Source of the DNA: Planctomycetota bacterium
Lineage (GTDB): Bacteria > Planctomycetota > UBA8108 > SXIK01
Direction: 5' to 3'
NCBI GenBank assembly: GCA_965223845.1
Contig: CBDCXR010000004.1
Span: forward strand, 6,784,001 to 6,848,000
DNA length: 64,000 bases
The notes beneath the pieces are model-generated. The model made no database searches. It saw only the letters and a program-made list of their open reading frames with translations, and was not told the DNA's origin. A program made the position numbers and the translations under genes. Shown here piece by piece: positions 19,304-28,700 of this stretch. Positions within the stretch are counted from its first letter, which is position 1; each line of letters opens with the position of its first letter.

Positions 19304-19769
19304 CGAAAAGGCGATCGGGAGATGTTCAGCTCGCCCCCCGGGCGGGAGGATACCGGAACTATCGGCCGGGCCGCCCGCGATCTGAACCGGGCGGGTCGGA
19401 TCCCCGGGCCGGGAAAAACTTCGCGATCGAATTTGCAACCGTCCGGAGATTGCCCGAAACTGAGCCGTGGGACGAGACGTCCGTCGACCTCGACGCGAGG
19501 TTCTGTCCGAGAAGACCTCGCAGCCAGATTCGGGTAGAAATTTCTAGTGGAACGGGGAGCTCGGACGTCTCTGATAGAGAGAGGGGATTCGCGTTTGTCC
19601 GCGAACCGAATCCTTCCGAACGGGGTTTGTACGAGTACGGTCCGTCGGCCCGGCGCTCGCTAGAGCGAGGGGCCATCGCAACGGGCCAATGCAGATTGGC
19701 GATCACTCGGAGTCGGGGTCCGGCCGGGCCATCGACCCTCAAGGCAGGACGTTTGTTGGAGGTTGAGTC

Positions 19770-20675
19770 GTGAAATACCACCGAGTTCTCGGCGTGTTAG
19801 CCGTGCTCGTGCTGGTGATTCCGACCGGAACGTGTCTCGAGGCCGGCGAGAAGAAACCGCCGTCCCCGCGAAAGGTGCTCGTGAAGGCTCTGAAGAACCT
19901 TCAGAAGAGCGGCAGCTATCGCACGCGAGTCCGAGTTTCCGGTGGAGTCACGGAGCGGAAGGATCACAAGGTCCTGACGCCGACGGTGGCGCGGAGCTAC
20001 GAAGGCGAGGTTTTCGGCCGCGTCATGAAGGTCTCGCATCCGTCGGTGTTCCGCACCGCAAAGCAGGGTGCGATCCGTACCGGCGGGACCTGGAAGTCCC
20101 TTCTCGCCGCCCGCGAGGGCGTGACCCTCGATCGCCTCTTCCTCTTCCCCGACCAGATTCTCGCGAAGGCCGTCAAGCATTCGAAGACGGCTCAGTGGGT
20201 CGAATCGAAGTCCGCGAAGTCGAAGAAGAAGAAAAAGGAGTCCGACGCGGACGAGAAGGACGGAGACAAGAACTCCGGCCGCACCGTGGTCGTCAAGAAG
20301 AAGGGCGATTCGGTCCCGTTCCCGGGTCGGATTCGCGTCGAGGCGCCGGCCAAGGAGTCTCTCCAGCACGTCCTTACGGTGCAGAACTCCAACTGCTTTG
20401 GCGCTGGGTGAGGCGTCCCCGCTATCTTGTCCAGTATGGACAAGACCCTCACCAACGCGATCTACGATATCGAAATCGATGAGAAGACGTACCTCCCGAC
20501 GAAGATCCGCGTTCTCGTGATGGCCGGGACCCGCGATGGGACCGAGCGCGAGGGACGGAAGATCGTCGGCGGGAAGCACGTAGCGATGCACTTCACCTAC
20601 GACCTGAAGGATTTCGGCGAGATCGAGAAGCCGGAGATCCCGAAGCCTGCGGCGAAGCTGATCGCGGCTCGCTGA
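19770..20675 (+). CDS. Candidate selenoprotein (in-frame UGA at 20409-20411, C-x4-U): secreted LolA/LppX-like protein, 301 aa
   Basis: ORFs 19770-20411 and 20427-20675 are in the same frame with only the TGA between them (NSNCFGAG-U-GVPAILSSMDKT). SECIS-like hairpin at 20425-20445, GGAGG SD, signal peptide, and a terminator only after 20675. Confidence 0.75.
20407..20453 (+). promoter_or_regulatory. Putative bacterial SECIS element
   Basis: Perfect 9-bp stem TCTTGTCCA-GTA-TGGACAAGA starts 13 nt after the UGA, with loop G at +23. A lower stem GGTGAGG (20407-20413) / CCTCACC (20447-20453) includes the UGA. Confidence 0.7.
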
Positions 20676-20717
20676 GCCGCCCAAATTCGCTAGCCCTCAG
20701 AGAGGGCCGGCCCTCAG

Positions 20718-20762
20718 AGAGCACTGGTCGCTCGAGAAATCCTCGGGCGGCCAGTGCTTTTT
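20718..20762 (+). terminator. Rho-independent terminator
   Basis: AGCACTGGTCGCTCGAG / CTCGGGCGGCCAGTGCT stem (two G-U pairs) ending in a run of five T. Confidence 0.75.
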
Positions 20763-21063
20763 CGTGGGTCATTCTGCGGGAGGAACGACGCTCTCGGCGG
20801 TAGTACCGTCCGTGTCCGCAGCCCGCCGCCGGGCCGTTTCGAGCTGGAAATCCAGGGGTTTCCGCGGCCGATGGGCGAGAATACTCGGGAAAAACAGGGA
20901 AAATCGCGTTCTCGGGCTTGACGTGCTCGATGGAAACGCGGTATGTACCATTCCGCTCAAGCTTACATACAGTCACCGAAGGGTTTTGGCGACGGGCCCG
21001 ATGGAGGGGTCTGCGGGCCCGGTAGGTGAAGGGAAAGCGTCCTTCTCGAAAGGAAGAGGAGAC

Positions 21064-21399
21064 ATGGCGAAGAAGAAAGCCACGAAGGCGGCTGGGACGA
21101 AGCCGATGACGAAGAGCGAGATCCAGACGCAGATCGCGGAGAAGACCGGCCTCACCAAGAAGGAGGTCGCTTCGGTCTTCGAGGCGCTGACCGACGTCGT
21201 CGGGAAGAACCTCGGCCGCCGCGGTCCGAAGGTCTTCACGATTCCGGGACTCGTGAAGTTCAAGGTGCAGCACAAGAAGGCGACGAAGGCTCGAAAGGGC
21301 ATCAACCCGTTCACGGGCGAGCCGACCGTCTTCAAGGCGAAGCCGGCGCGGAACGTCGTGAAGGCGCAGCCGCTCAAGGCGCTCAAGGACATGGTCTGA
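21064..21399 (+). CDS. HU family DNA-binding protein with basic N-terminal tail
   Basis: Motifs MTKSEI, FTIPGLVKF and ARKGINPFTGE. AGAGGAG SD upstream. Confidence 0.93.
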   Translation: MAKKKATKAAGTKPMTKSEIQTQIAEKTGLTKKEVASVFEALTDVVGKNLGRRGPKVFTIPGLVKFKVQHKKATKARKGINPFTGEPTVFKAKPARNVVKAQPLKALKDMV

Positions 21400-21445
21400 G
21401 ACGGTTCGTCCGCCCCCGCGGCGGATGACGAGATCTCGGTCTTGG

Positions 21446-21495
21446 AACCACCGCTCAGCGACTCGGAATACGGAGTCGGAGCGGTGGTTTTTTTT
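21446..21495 (+). terminator. Rho-independent terminator
   Basis: AACCACCGCTC / GAGCGGTGGTT outer stem and CGACTC/GAGTCG inner stem, ending in T8. Confidence 0.85.
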
Positions 21496-21766
21496 GCGTC
21501 GTCGATTTCGCGCAGACCATCGCGCGCGGATCGTCCGAAAACGCGCTTTCCCGCCGCGGCGCGCTCCGCACGGAGACGACGGGCAGCACTATCGGCCATA
21601 GTTCGCCGGTCGCGTTCGCGTGGCGTAGTCTTCTCTGGCCCCCGAGCTCCGCTCCGAACCGTTTGCGTGCGGTCGATCGAGCCGGGGGGGGACAGCCGAC
21701 CTTCTGGTCTCGCGAGGCGGGATCGGGGGAGGACATCCAGTCGCGCGGAGAAATGCGCCGAATCCG

Positions 21767-23287
21767 ATGTTGCGCTTGAACGGGCTCCACGGTTGCCGAG
21801 CGGGTGAACAGCTTCAGTTCTCCGGTGACGCGACCATCCGCCTCGGTCGAAGTGAGGACTGCGAAGTCGTGCTCGACGACTCGGGCTGCTCGCGTCATCA
21901 CGCCGAGATCGAGTCGCGTCCGAACGGGTACGTCATTCGGGATCTGAGGAGCACGAACGGCCTCTACGTCAACGGCCGCAAAGTGACCCAGTCGGCACTC
22001 GTGAGCGGCGATACGTTCACGATCGGTCGCAATCAGTTCTCATTCATCGTGGGTACGGCGGAGGAGTCCGACGAGACGCACGTCTTCGGCGATACGTTGG
22101 AGGTCGAGGAGCTCGACACCCTGTTCATCGACGACACCCACTTTGCCGGACTCATGGGCGGAGTCGACGCCGACGAGCTCGCTTCACTAAAGCGCGCGCA
22201 CCGTCAGATGAAGTTCGTGGTGGAAGTGAGTCGCGCGCTGAATAGCACGCTCGACAAGGACAGCCTCTTCCCGCTGCTCATCGACGCGGTGTTCGAAGAG
22301 TTCAAAGTGGCCGGCCGGGCCTCGATTTTTCTCACGACGGACGACGATCTCCAGTCGTTCTCCGAGGTCTACTGGCGCACGCGTTCGGGCGAGGAGCCCC
22401 GGACGGTTAGTCTGCCGCTTCTCCGCGATGTCGTCGCGCGCCGGGTCGCCGCGATCCTGAGCCCCGACGAGGAGGCTCCGGCCGCGGTTCCGGCGTGGCT
22501 GAAGGGCAAGGCAATGTGCGCACCGCTCGTTATCGGAGAGCGGGTGCTCGGGGTGATCTACCTCGAGAGCACCTCGGTCTCGGCCGAATTCGAGAAGCAC
22601 GACCTCGAGCTCTTCAGCGTGCTTGCGCATCAGAGCGCCGCGTCGATCGGGAACTCGCTGCTCTACGAAGAGCTCGAAGTATCGTTCTTCGAGACGGTGC
22701 GCAGCCTGAGCAACGCCCTCGAGGCGAAAGACCAGTACACTCGCGGACATAGCGACCGCGTGGCGCGATACGCCGTCGGGATCGGTCGGCGCCTCGGGCT
22801 CTCCGACGTGCAGCTCCGGACGCTCCGCGTCGCCGCGGAGCTTCACGACATCGGGAAAATCGCGATTCGTGAGGCGATCATCGGGAAGAGCGGAAAGCTC
22901 TCGGACGAGGAGTTCGAGATGATCAAGCGTCACCCGCAGCTCGGCGTGAACATTCTCCGCCCGATCAGTTTTCTCAAGCCGGCGCTCCCGATCATCCTCC
23001 ATCACCACGAGCGCTACGGCGGAAACGGCTATCCGAGCCAGCTCAGAGGAGCGGAGATCCCACTCGAAGCGCGGATCCTCAATCTCGCCGATGCGTTCGA
23101 CGCGATGACGACTCAGCGTTCGTACAACTCGCCGCGCAGCGTGATCGATGCGATCTGCCACTGTCGCGACGAGGCGGGGGTGAGCTTCGATCCGGACTGC
23201 GTCCAGGCGCTCATCGAGTTCATCCAGTCGGAGTTCGACTCGTTGGAACCCGACGGCACGCATCGGTTCGAGCTGGAGCGGGTGTAA
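21767..23287 (+). CDS. FHA-GAF-HD-GYP c-di-GMP phosphodiesterase
   Basis: FHA (LGRSEDCEVVL, SRHHA, DLRSTNG), GAF (MCAPLVIGERVLGVIYL) and HD-GYP (YTRGHSDRV, LHDIGK, HHHERYGGNGYP, ADAFDAM). Confidence 0.92.
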   Translation: MLRLNGLHGCRAGEQLQFSGDATIRLGRSEDCEVVLDDSGCSRHHAEIESRPNGYVIRDLRSTNGLYVNGRKVTQSALVSGDTFTIGRNQFSFIVGTAEESDETHVFGDTLEVEELDTLFIDDTHFAGLMGGVDADELASLKRAHRQMKFVVEVSRALNSTLDKDSLFPLLIDAVFEEFKVAGRASIFLTTDDDLQSFSEVYWRTRSGEEPRTVSLPLLRDVVARRVAAILSPDEEAPAAVPAWLKGKAMCAPLVIGERVLGVIYLESTSVSAEFEKHDLELFSVLAHQSAASIGNSLLYEELEVSFFETVRSLSNALEAKDQYTRGHSDRVARYAVGIGRRLGLSDVQLRTLRVAAELHDIGKIAIREAIIGKSGKLSDEEFEMIKRHPQLGVNILRPISFLKPALPIILHHHERYGGNGYPSQLRGAEIPLEARILNLADAFDAMTTQRSYNSPRSVIDAICHCRDEAGVSFDPDCVQALIEFIQSEFDSLEPDGTHRFELERV

Positions 23288-23332
23288 GCCGCGGCGAGCT
23301 CGCGCTCCATGCGGTCGGACTCCTCCGCCGCT

Positions 23333-24019
23333 TCAAGTTCGGTCCGTGCTCTCCTTCACCGCCGAGAAGAAATAGCGGTGGCGGTGGAAGGGATGAAACT
23401 CCGCCTCTCTCACCGGGAGGCCCGAGAGGATCCGGCGGCAGTCGTCTTCCGAGTGGTAGAAATTGACGTGGTCGGCGTCGCCGCCCGAGCACGCGGTGCC
23501 TTTCGGTACGCTGATGATCAACCTCCCTCCGGGACGGAGTACGCGGAGCGCTTCGCGCGCGACGGCGGTGTCGTCGTCGAGATGTTCGAGCACCTGCCCT
23601 ATGTACGCCGAGTCGAACGCCGCATCGCGAAACGGGAGGTGGTACCCGTCTCCCGCGACGAACACCGAGGGGATGCCGAGGCGACGGCACTCGCGGAGCG
23701 CGTAGCGAACGCCCGGGAACGCGAAGTCGATGCCGACGTTGAACCCGCGCTTCGTGTAGCCGCGGAGCGCGGCGCAGGAGCCGAGTCCGCACCCGACGTC
23801 GAGAAACCGTCCCTCGGCGAGCCCGGCGACCGGGTGATGGTAGGACTTTCGGATCTTCGTCTGCATGGCCCAACGCGGGAACACGAAAGAGAGCGACCGA
23901 TAGCGAGGCTTGCGAAACCAGCCGCTCCGGAGCCGCTCGCGAAACTTGCGCTCCCAGTTGTCGCGCGTGTTCGGGTTCGCCTGCTCGTCCACCATCCCGT
24001 CGTCGCTTCGCGTGATCAT
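23333..24019 (-). CDS. Class I SAM-dependent methyltransferase
   Basis: Motifs FLDVGCGLG, LPFRDAAFD, VLEHL and RVLRPGGRL. Start is uncertain (24019 or 23995). Confidence 0.85.
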   Translation of the reverse strand: MITRSDDGMVDEQANPNTRDNWERKFRERLRSGWFRKPRYRSLSFVFPRWAMQTKIRKSYHHPVAGLAEGRFLDVGCGLGSCAALRGYTKRGFNVGIDFAFPGVRYALRECRRLGIPSVFVAGDGYHLPFRDAAFDSAYIGQVLEHLDDDTAVAREALRVLRPGGRLIISVPKGTACSGGDADHVNFYHSEDDCRRILSGLPVREAEFHPFHRHRYFFSAVKESTDRT

Positions 24020-24030
24020 CCGGGTCGCCG

Positions 24031-24435
24031 CTAGTCCGCGTCGGTGACGATCGGGAGATCGCGCCGCGCCCAACCGGGGTAGACGAGCTGGCCCGAAGAG
24101 TCGACCTCGCCGTCGTAGCCGCCCCGCATGTCGACGACGTTCGTGTAGCCCGCGTCGAGAAGAATCCGGACGGCGCGCATCGAACGTCCCCCGCGGAGAC
24201 ACCCGACGATGAGCTTCGCGTCTTTCGCGTACTTCGCTTCGACCTCGCTCAGAAACTCTGCGTTCGGCACCATTCCCGGCCCGGCGGGATTGCGGTGCAT
24301 GAGCGGAACGCAAGCCGCGCCGGGAGCGTGGCCCGCCGCAAACTCCTCGCGCGAACGTACGTCGAGATACTCGTGACCGTCGCCCGAGTCGAGGCGTCGC
24401 TTCGCCTCTTCCGGTTCGATGCGTTGAATGTCCAT
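24031..24435 (-). CDS. Rhodanese-like domain protein
   Basis: YLDVRSREEFAAGHAPGA and active loop CLRGGRS. Confidence 0.9.
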   Translation of the reverse strand: MDIQRIEPEEAKRRLDSGDGHEYLDVRSREEFAAGHAPGAACVPLMHRNPAGPGMVPNAEFLSEVEAKYAKDAKLIVGCLRGGRSMRAVRILLDAGYTNVVDMRGGYDGEVDSSGQLVYPGWARRDLPIVTDAD

Positions 24436-24599
24436 GGATTCGCTTTCGATTGTACTCGGCTCGCTCGAGCTCGGCGCCGTGAGCCGAATCGCACGGCGCT
24501 CCGTCAGCCTCGAGCTCGGGCGAGGCGCACATTATGCGGGGACTCCAGTCGGGCGACAACCGCGCGCGTTCTCTCGGCGGGAGAACTCGAACGTTCGAA

Positions 24600-25736
24600 C
24601 TAGCGCTGGTAGATCGGCAGGCACTTGAACTCGACCGCGAGCGCGAGGATCGCCATCGCGGTCGTGTACGCCGGCCCCGCTTCGCGTTCGTGGACGCCGG
24701 GCGGAAGCTCCCAGCTCCCGTCGTCCTTTTGTCGCTCGAGCAGCCGCGCGAAGCTCGCCGGCCGCCACTTCTCCCAGTAGGCGTCCCCGAGCTGGTACAT
24801 CGCCTGCGTCGCGTAGTACATGCTGTAGTAGTAAAACGGCGCGTCGCCCTCGATCGGGTGGGCGAGCAGCCAATCTCCGCCGCGCCGCGCTTCCGGACTC
24901 CCGAACTCGCCGCAGAGCTCCAGGGTGAGGACGCCGGTTCCTGTCATCGCGGCGTTCGGGGCTCGACTCTGAAGCGGATCGTAGAGAAAACCGCCGTCCG
25001 GCTGGGCGCAGCGCTTCACGTAGAGGATCGCGCGGTCGATGCTCGTCTGCGGCACCGGAACGCCCGCGTTTTGCGCCGCGCGGAGAGCGAGGATCTGCCA
25101 GCCGCTGACCGAGAGGTCCGACTGATCGGACGACGGCGTGTACCGCCAACCCCCGGCCGAAGTGCTGTCCTTCGGTGCGCGCTGCGCGCGAAGGAGGACG
25201 TCGACCGCGGCGCGATGCGTTCGGCGAAGGTTCTCGAATCCGGGTTTTCCCGTCGGGATCATTCCGAGCACTTCACCGAGAACGAGGGTCGCGATTCCGT
25301 GCTCATAGAGTGGGCCGTGCGAGGTGTCGCGTCGCCGAACGAGGAGACCGCGATCCCGGCTCGAGAGCAGAAACTGCACCGCCCGATCGACCGCTTCGCC
25401 GAACGGCCCGCGACCCGGTTCGGAACGGCCCGCGAGAAACGCGAGCACGGCGAGACCCGCGACGCCGGTGTTCTTTCCTTCTTCGCCGTACCCCGAGATC
25501 CAGCTTCCATCGGGTCGCTGCGCGCTGCGGAGATACCGGAGCCCGCGGTCGACGGCACGCGTGATCGGGTTCGGCTCGTAGAGCTTGCGCGGATCGGTTT
25601 CGGCGGGCGTCTTTCCTGCCTCGGGCTCCGCGCCGTCGCGCTCTTGAGCGAGCTCCTGGCGCGGCGGAGCCGTCGCAAGAACGGCGAGAAGGAGAAGGAG
25701 CGTGCGTTTCGGAGGGAGTCGAACCAATCCGCGCAT
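24600..25736 (-). CDS. Prenyltransferase/squalene-cyclase repeat protein (secreted)
   Basis: QW repeats QRPDGSW, GGWRY, QPDGGF and QKDDGSW, plus a signal peptide. Confidence 0.85.
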   Translation of the reverse strand: MRGLVRLPPKRTLLLLLAVLATAPPRQELAQERDGAEPEAGKTPAETDPRKLYEPNPITRAVDRGLRYLRSAQRPDGSWISGYGEEGKNTGVAGLAVLAFLAGRSEPGRGPFGEAVDRAVQFLLSSRDRGLLVRRRDTSHGPLYEHGIATLVLGEVLGMIPTGKPGFENLRRTHRAAVDVLLRAQRAPKDSTSAGGWRYTPSSDQSDLSVSGWQILALRAAQNAGVPVPQTSIDRAILYVKRCAQPDGGFLYDPLQSRAPNAAMTGTGVLTLELCGEFGSPEARRGGDWLLAHPIEGDAPFYYYSMYYATQAMYQLGDAYWEKWRPASFARLLERQKDDGSWELPPGVHEREAGPAYTTAMAILALAVEFKCLPIYQR

Positions 25737-25738
25737 CT

Positions 25739-28700
25739 TTACCAGCCTCGCTCTTCGAGGGCCCGGAGGTACGCGCGCACCAGCGGGCGAAACCGGGGGG
25801 AGTACGGCAGCTCGAGGACGCCCCGTGGAGTCGAAAACCGAAGCTCGTGGGCGATGTGGTCGCCGCGCGGAACGACCTCCCAGCCGTGCGCGACGTCAGT
25901 TCGAACTTCGCTGTCCGCGGCACTCGAGAGCGCGTCGAAATGTCCGCCGCCCTCCAGCGCTCGCGTCGCTTCGGCGAGGGAGCGCATCGCGCGCCGATGC
26001 GACTCGCGGGCGCCGCGGAAGTCTCCGCTTTCGAGCCGCTCGAGCGCGTCGCGGGTTTCGCGCACCGCCGCTTCCATTCCCTGGAGGCGCTGACTCGCCC
26101 CGCCGATTCCGCTCTCGGCTTGGGTCATCGCTTCGAGGGCGCGTTGGCGGACGGCGCTCACTCGATCGGAGAATCGAGTCGCGGCGAGTCCCGCTGCTCG
26201 CGCGGGCTGGTTCGCTGTCGATTCCGAGGGGGTGTCGGTCGCAGCCGGCTCGCCCCCTCGTCCGGGCGCTTCCGAGCCGGCGGGGGTCGACGCCGGCGTG
26301 GCGCGGAGGATCGCATTGAGCTCCTCACCCGCACGGAGCGCGCTCCAGTACGCGGTGAGGATCTGCGGGAGGCTCGCCGAGATGCGGAATCCGGCCTCGG
26401 TGAACTCGCGGACGATGCGCGTCCCGTCGGCTCGATCCTCCGCGTCGGGCGCGGGATCCGCGGCGCGGAGCTGCGCCGCGAGCGATCGACCTTCGCGTTC
26501 GATGACGAGGAGGCGAGCGACGAGGTCGACCAGCTCCTCTATGGTAATCGCGCTCTCCTCGAGTGCGTCGAGGAGCGACTGCTCGTTCTCTGCGACCGTT
26601 CGGGCATCGTCTTCTGAGACGTCGTCGCCACCGAGCAGGGCCTCGAGTGCCCCGTCGATTTCGTCCTGAGTTCGCGCGAGTGCCGCGAGACGGGCGAGTT
26701 CCGCTTCGATCTCGCGGTGGAGTCGGTGTCGACTCTTCTCGGCCTCCGAAGCTTCATCCGACGGATCTTCCGCGGCGAGCTCGGCGCTCGCGCGCTCGCT
26801 CTCGTCGGTCGCTCGTTCGCGGAGAGCCGCGACGAGCTGCGCCGCCGCGAGGAGTTCCCCGCGCCCGCGATCGAGCGCCGCGACGGTGGTGAGGCGGTCG
26901 CCGCTCTCCGCCGCGCGAACCGCCGCCCGAAACGCGTCGCCCGCGCGGCCCAGCCGCTCGAGGGCGGGGAGGACGCGCTCGTCACCGCGTGCTCGCTGTG
27001 CGATTTCGCTCGACGCGTGCTCCGTCTTCTGGACGAGGTCGCGCGCCGTGGCGAGGAGCTCTTCGATCGGTCGATCGTCGTCGATGTCTCCGAGCCGCGC
27101 GGCGAGATCGCTCACTGCCGCTTCCGCGTGGATCGCGATCGCTTGGGTCTCGTCTGCGGCGAGCGCGGTCGCGATCGCCTCGATCCGCCGGGCCGCGCGC
27201 GACTCGAGATCGGCGGCCGCGCGGATGAGCGGCGCGAACTCGCCCGGCGGTGCCTCTTCTGCGGCCGCGAGTCGTTCGGACGCCCGGAGCATGTCACCTC
27301 GCGCGAGCGCGAGAAGCTCGCCGGCGCGGCGATCGAGCCGCCGGGCGAAGTCGACCTCGCGGGTTCGGGTGAAGCGCGCTTCGCGCCGCAGAAGGCGCGC
27401 GAGATCGATCACGTCGAGTCGGATACGCTCGTGCGCGATGGTGAGCTCGGTCGACGGCGACGCTTCGGGCGATGGAGCTCCGGACCCCGCCGCGCGTTCG
27501 AGAAGAGCCGCGAGCGACGCCGCGTGTGCCGCTTCCCTGCGCGCCAGCTCGCGTACGCGCGAGGAGATGGCGGCCGCGGCCCGCTCGAGCCATCCGCGGC
27601 TTCCGGCGCGAGCGGCGACGCCCTCGCGGTAGCGGCCGAGGGACTCGACCACCCGATCGAGTTGGTCGACAGCGGTGCGCGCGTCGGCGACGACCGGGCT
27701 CCGATCCGTCGACTCCTCGCCGCGGGCGGCGTCGACCCCATCGGCGAGACGAAAGATCCCGTCGCGGACGCGAGCGCAAGCCTCTTCGGCCGCTGCGCCG
27801 TCGCGTGCGGCGCTTCCGAGGAGCGCTCGCTCCTCGTCGCGTGTTGCGACGCGCTCGAGCGCATCGATGCGCCGGCGGGCGAGAGAGAGCGAAGCCGCGA
27901 CGTGCTCGGCCGTGCGCCGAAGGTTCTGGAGCGCGCGGCGGTTCCACGCCGGTGCGCGCGCTAGGCGAGTGGCGACTCGTTCCGATCCGGTAGCGGCATC
28001 CGCGGCGAGCTGGGCGGCGAGCGAAGCCTCGTGCGCGGGGCGAAGCTCCCGGTACACGCGGGCGATGCGCCGGCCGCGCTCTGCGCGGGACTCCTCGTCT
28101 CGTTCGGGAAACGCGTGTCCGGCGTCCGTGTCGAGCCCGGCGGGCGGAGCAGCTCCGCTCGCGAGACCTCCGGCCGGACTCGACGCGCTCGCGATCTCGT
28201 CCTTCTCCCCGGTCGCTCCCGGCGCGCTCGCGATCTCGCTTCGCCATTCTTCGACGACCCGAGCAAGGAGCTGAAGCTCGCGCTGAGTTTCGAGATCCGC
28301 GTTCGGCTCGCCCGCGGAGAGTGCACTCTCCTGCTCGATCTCGAACGCGGCGCGCGCGACCGCGCGAGCGGCGGTCGCGGCGGGATCGGATTCCGCCGCC
28401 GCCGCGGCGTCGGTGAGAGCGTCGAGGAGCGGGTTGAGCTCGAGGGTTCGATCCTCCGCGCGCCGGCGGACCTCGGCTTGGCGCCGCTGAGCGGAATCGA
28501 GGTCTCGCCGCGCCCAGTCGAGTGCGGTGACGGCGGCGGCTCCGAGCGCCGCGATGTCTTCGCTCTCGTCTCCGGCCGCGAGCCGATCGCGTATCGCGGC
28601 GAGCGCGGGGATCACCGTCTCTTGGTAGGCGCGACTGAGCTTCTGCTCGGATTCCGCCGCGGGAAGATTCCGCGCTGCGCCGGCGATCGCTCCAGCGAGG

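Noticed and set aside
19440-19500. c-di-GMP-I riboswitch (GAAA...GTGGGACG)
   Set aside because: It lacks the GCAAA motifs and the P2/P3 layout of that family.
20427-20675. Separate 82-aa gene
   Set aside because: It has no SD, its start lies inside a stable hairpin, and it reads as the C-terminal strands of the upstream protein in the same frame.
20918-20951. Sigma70 promoter for HU (TTGACG)
   Set aside because: The best -10 candidates are either mis-spaced (TACCAT, 22 nt) or lack the final T.
23333-24435. Rhodanese plus methyltransferase as a selenium-handling module for the nearby selenoprotein
   Set aside because: Both are generic families with Cys-only motifs, and proximity is the only link.
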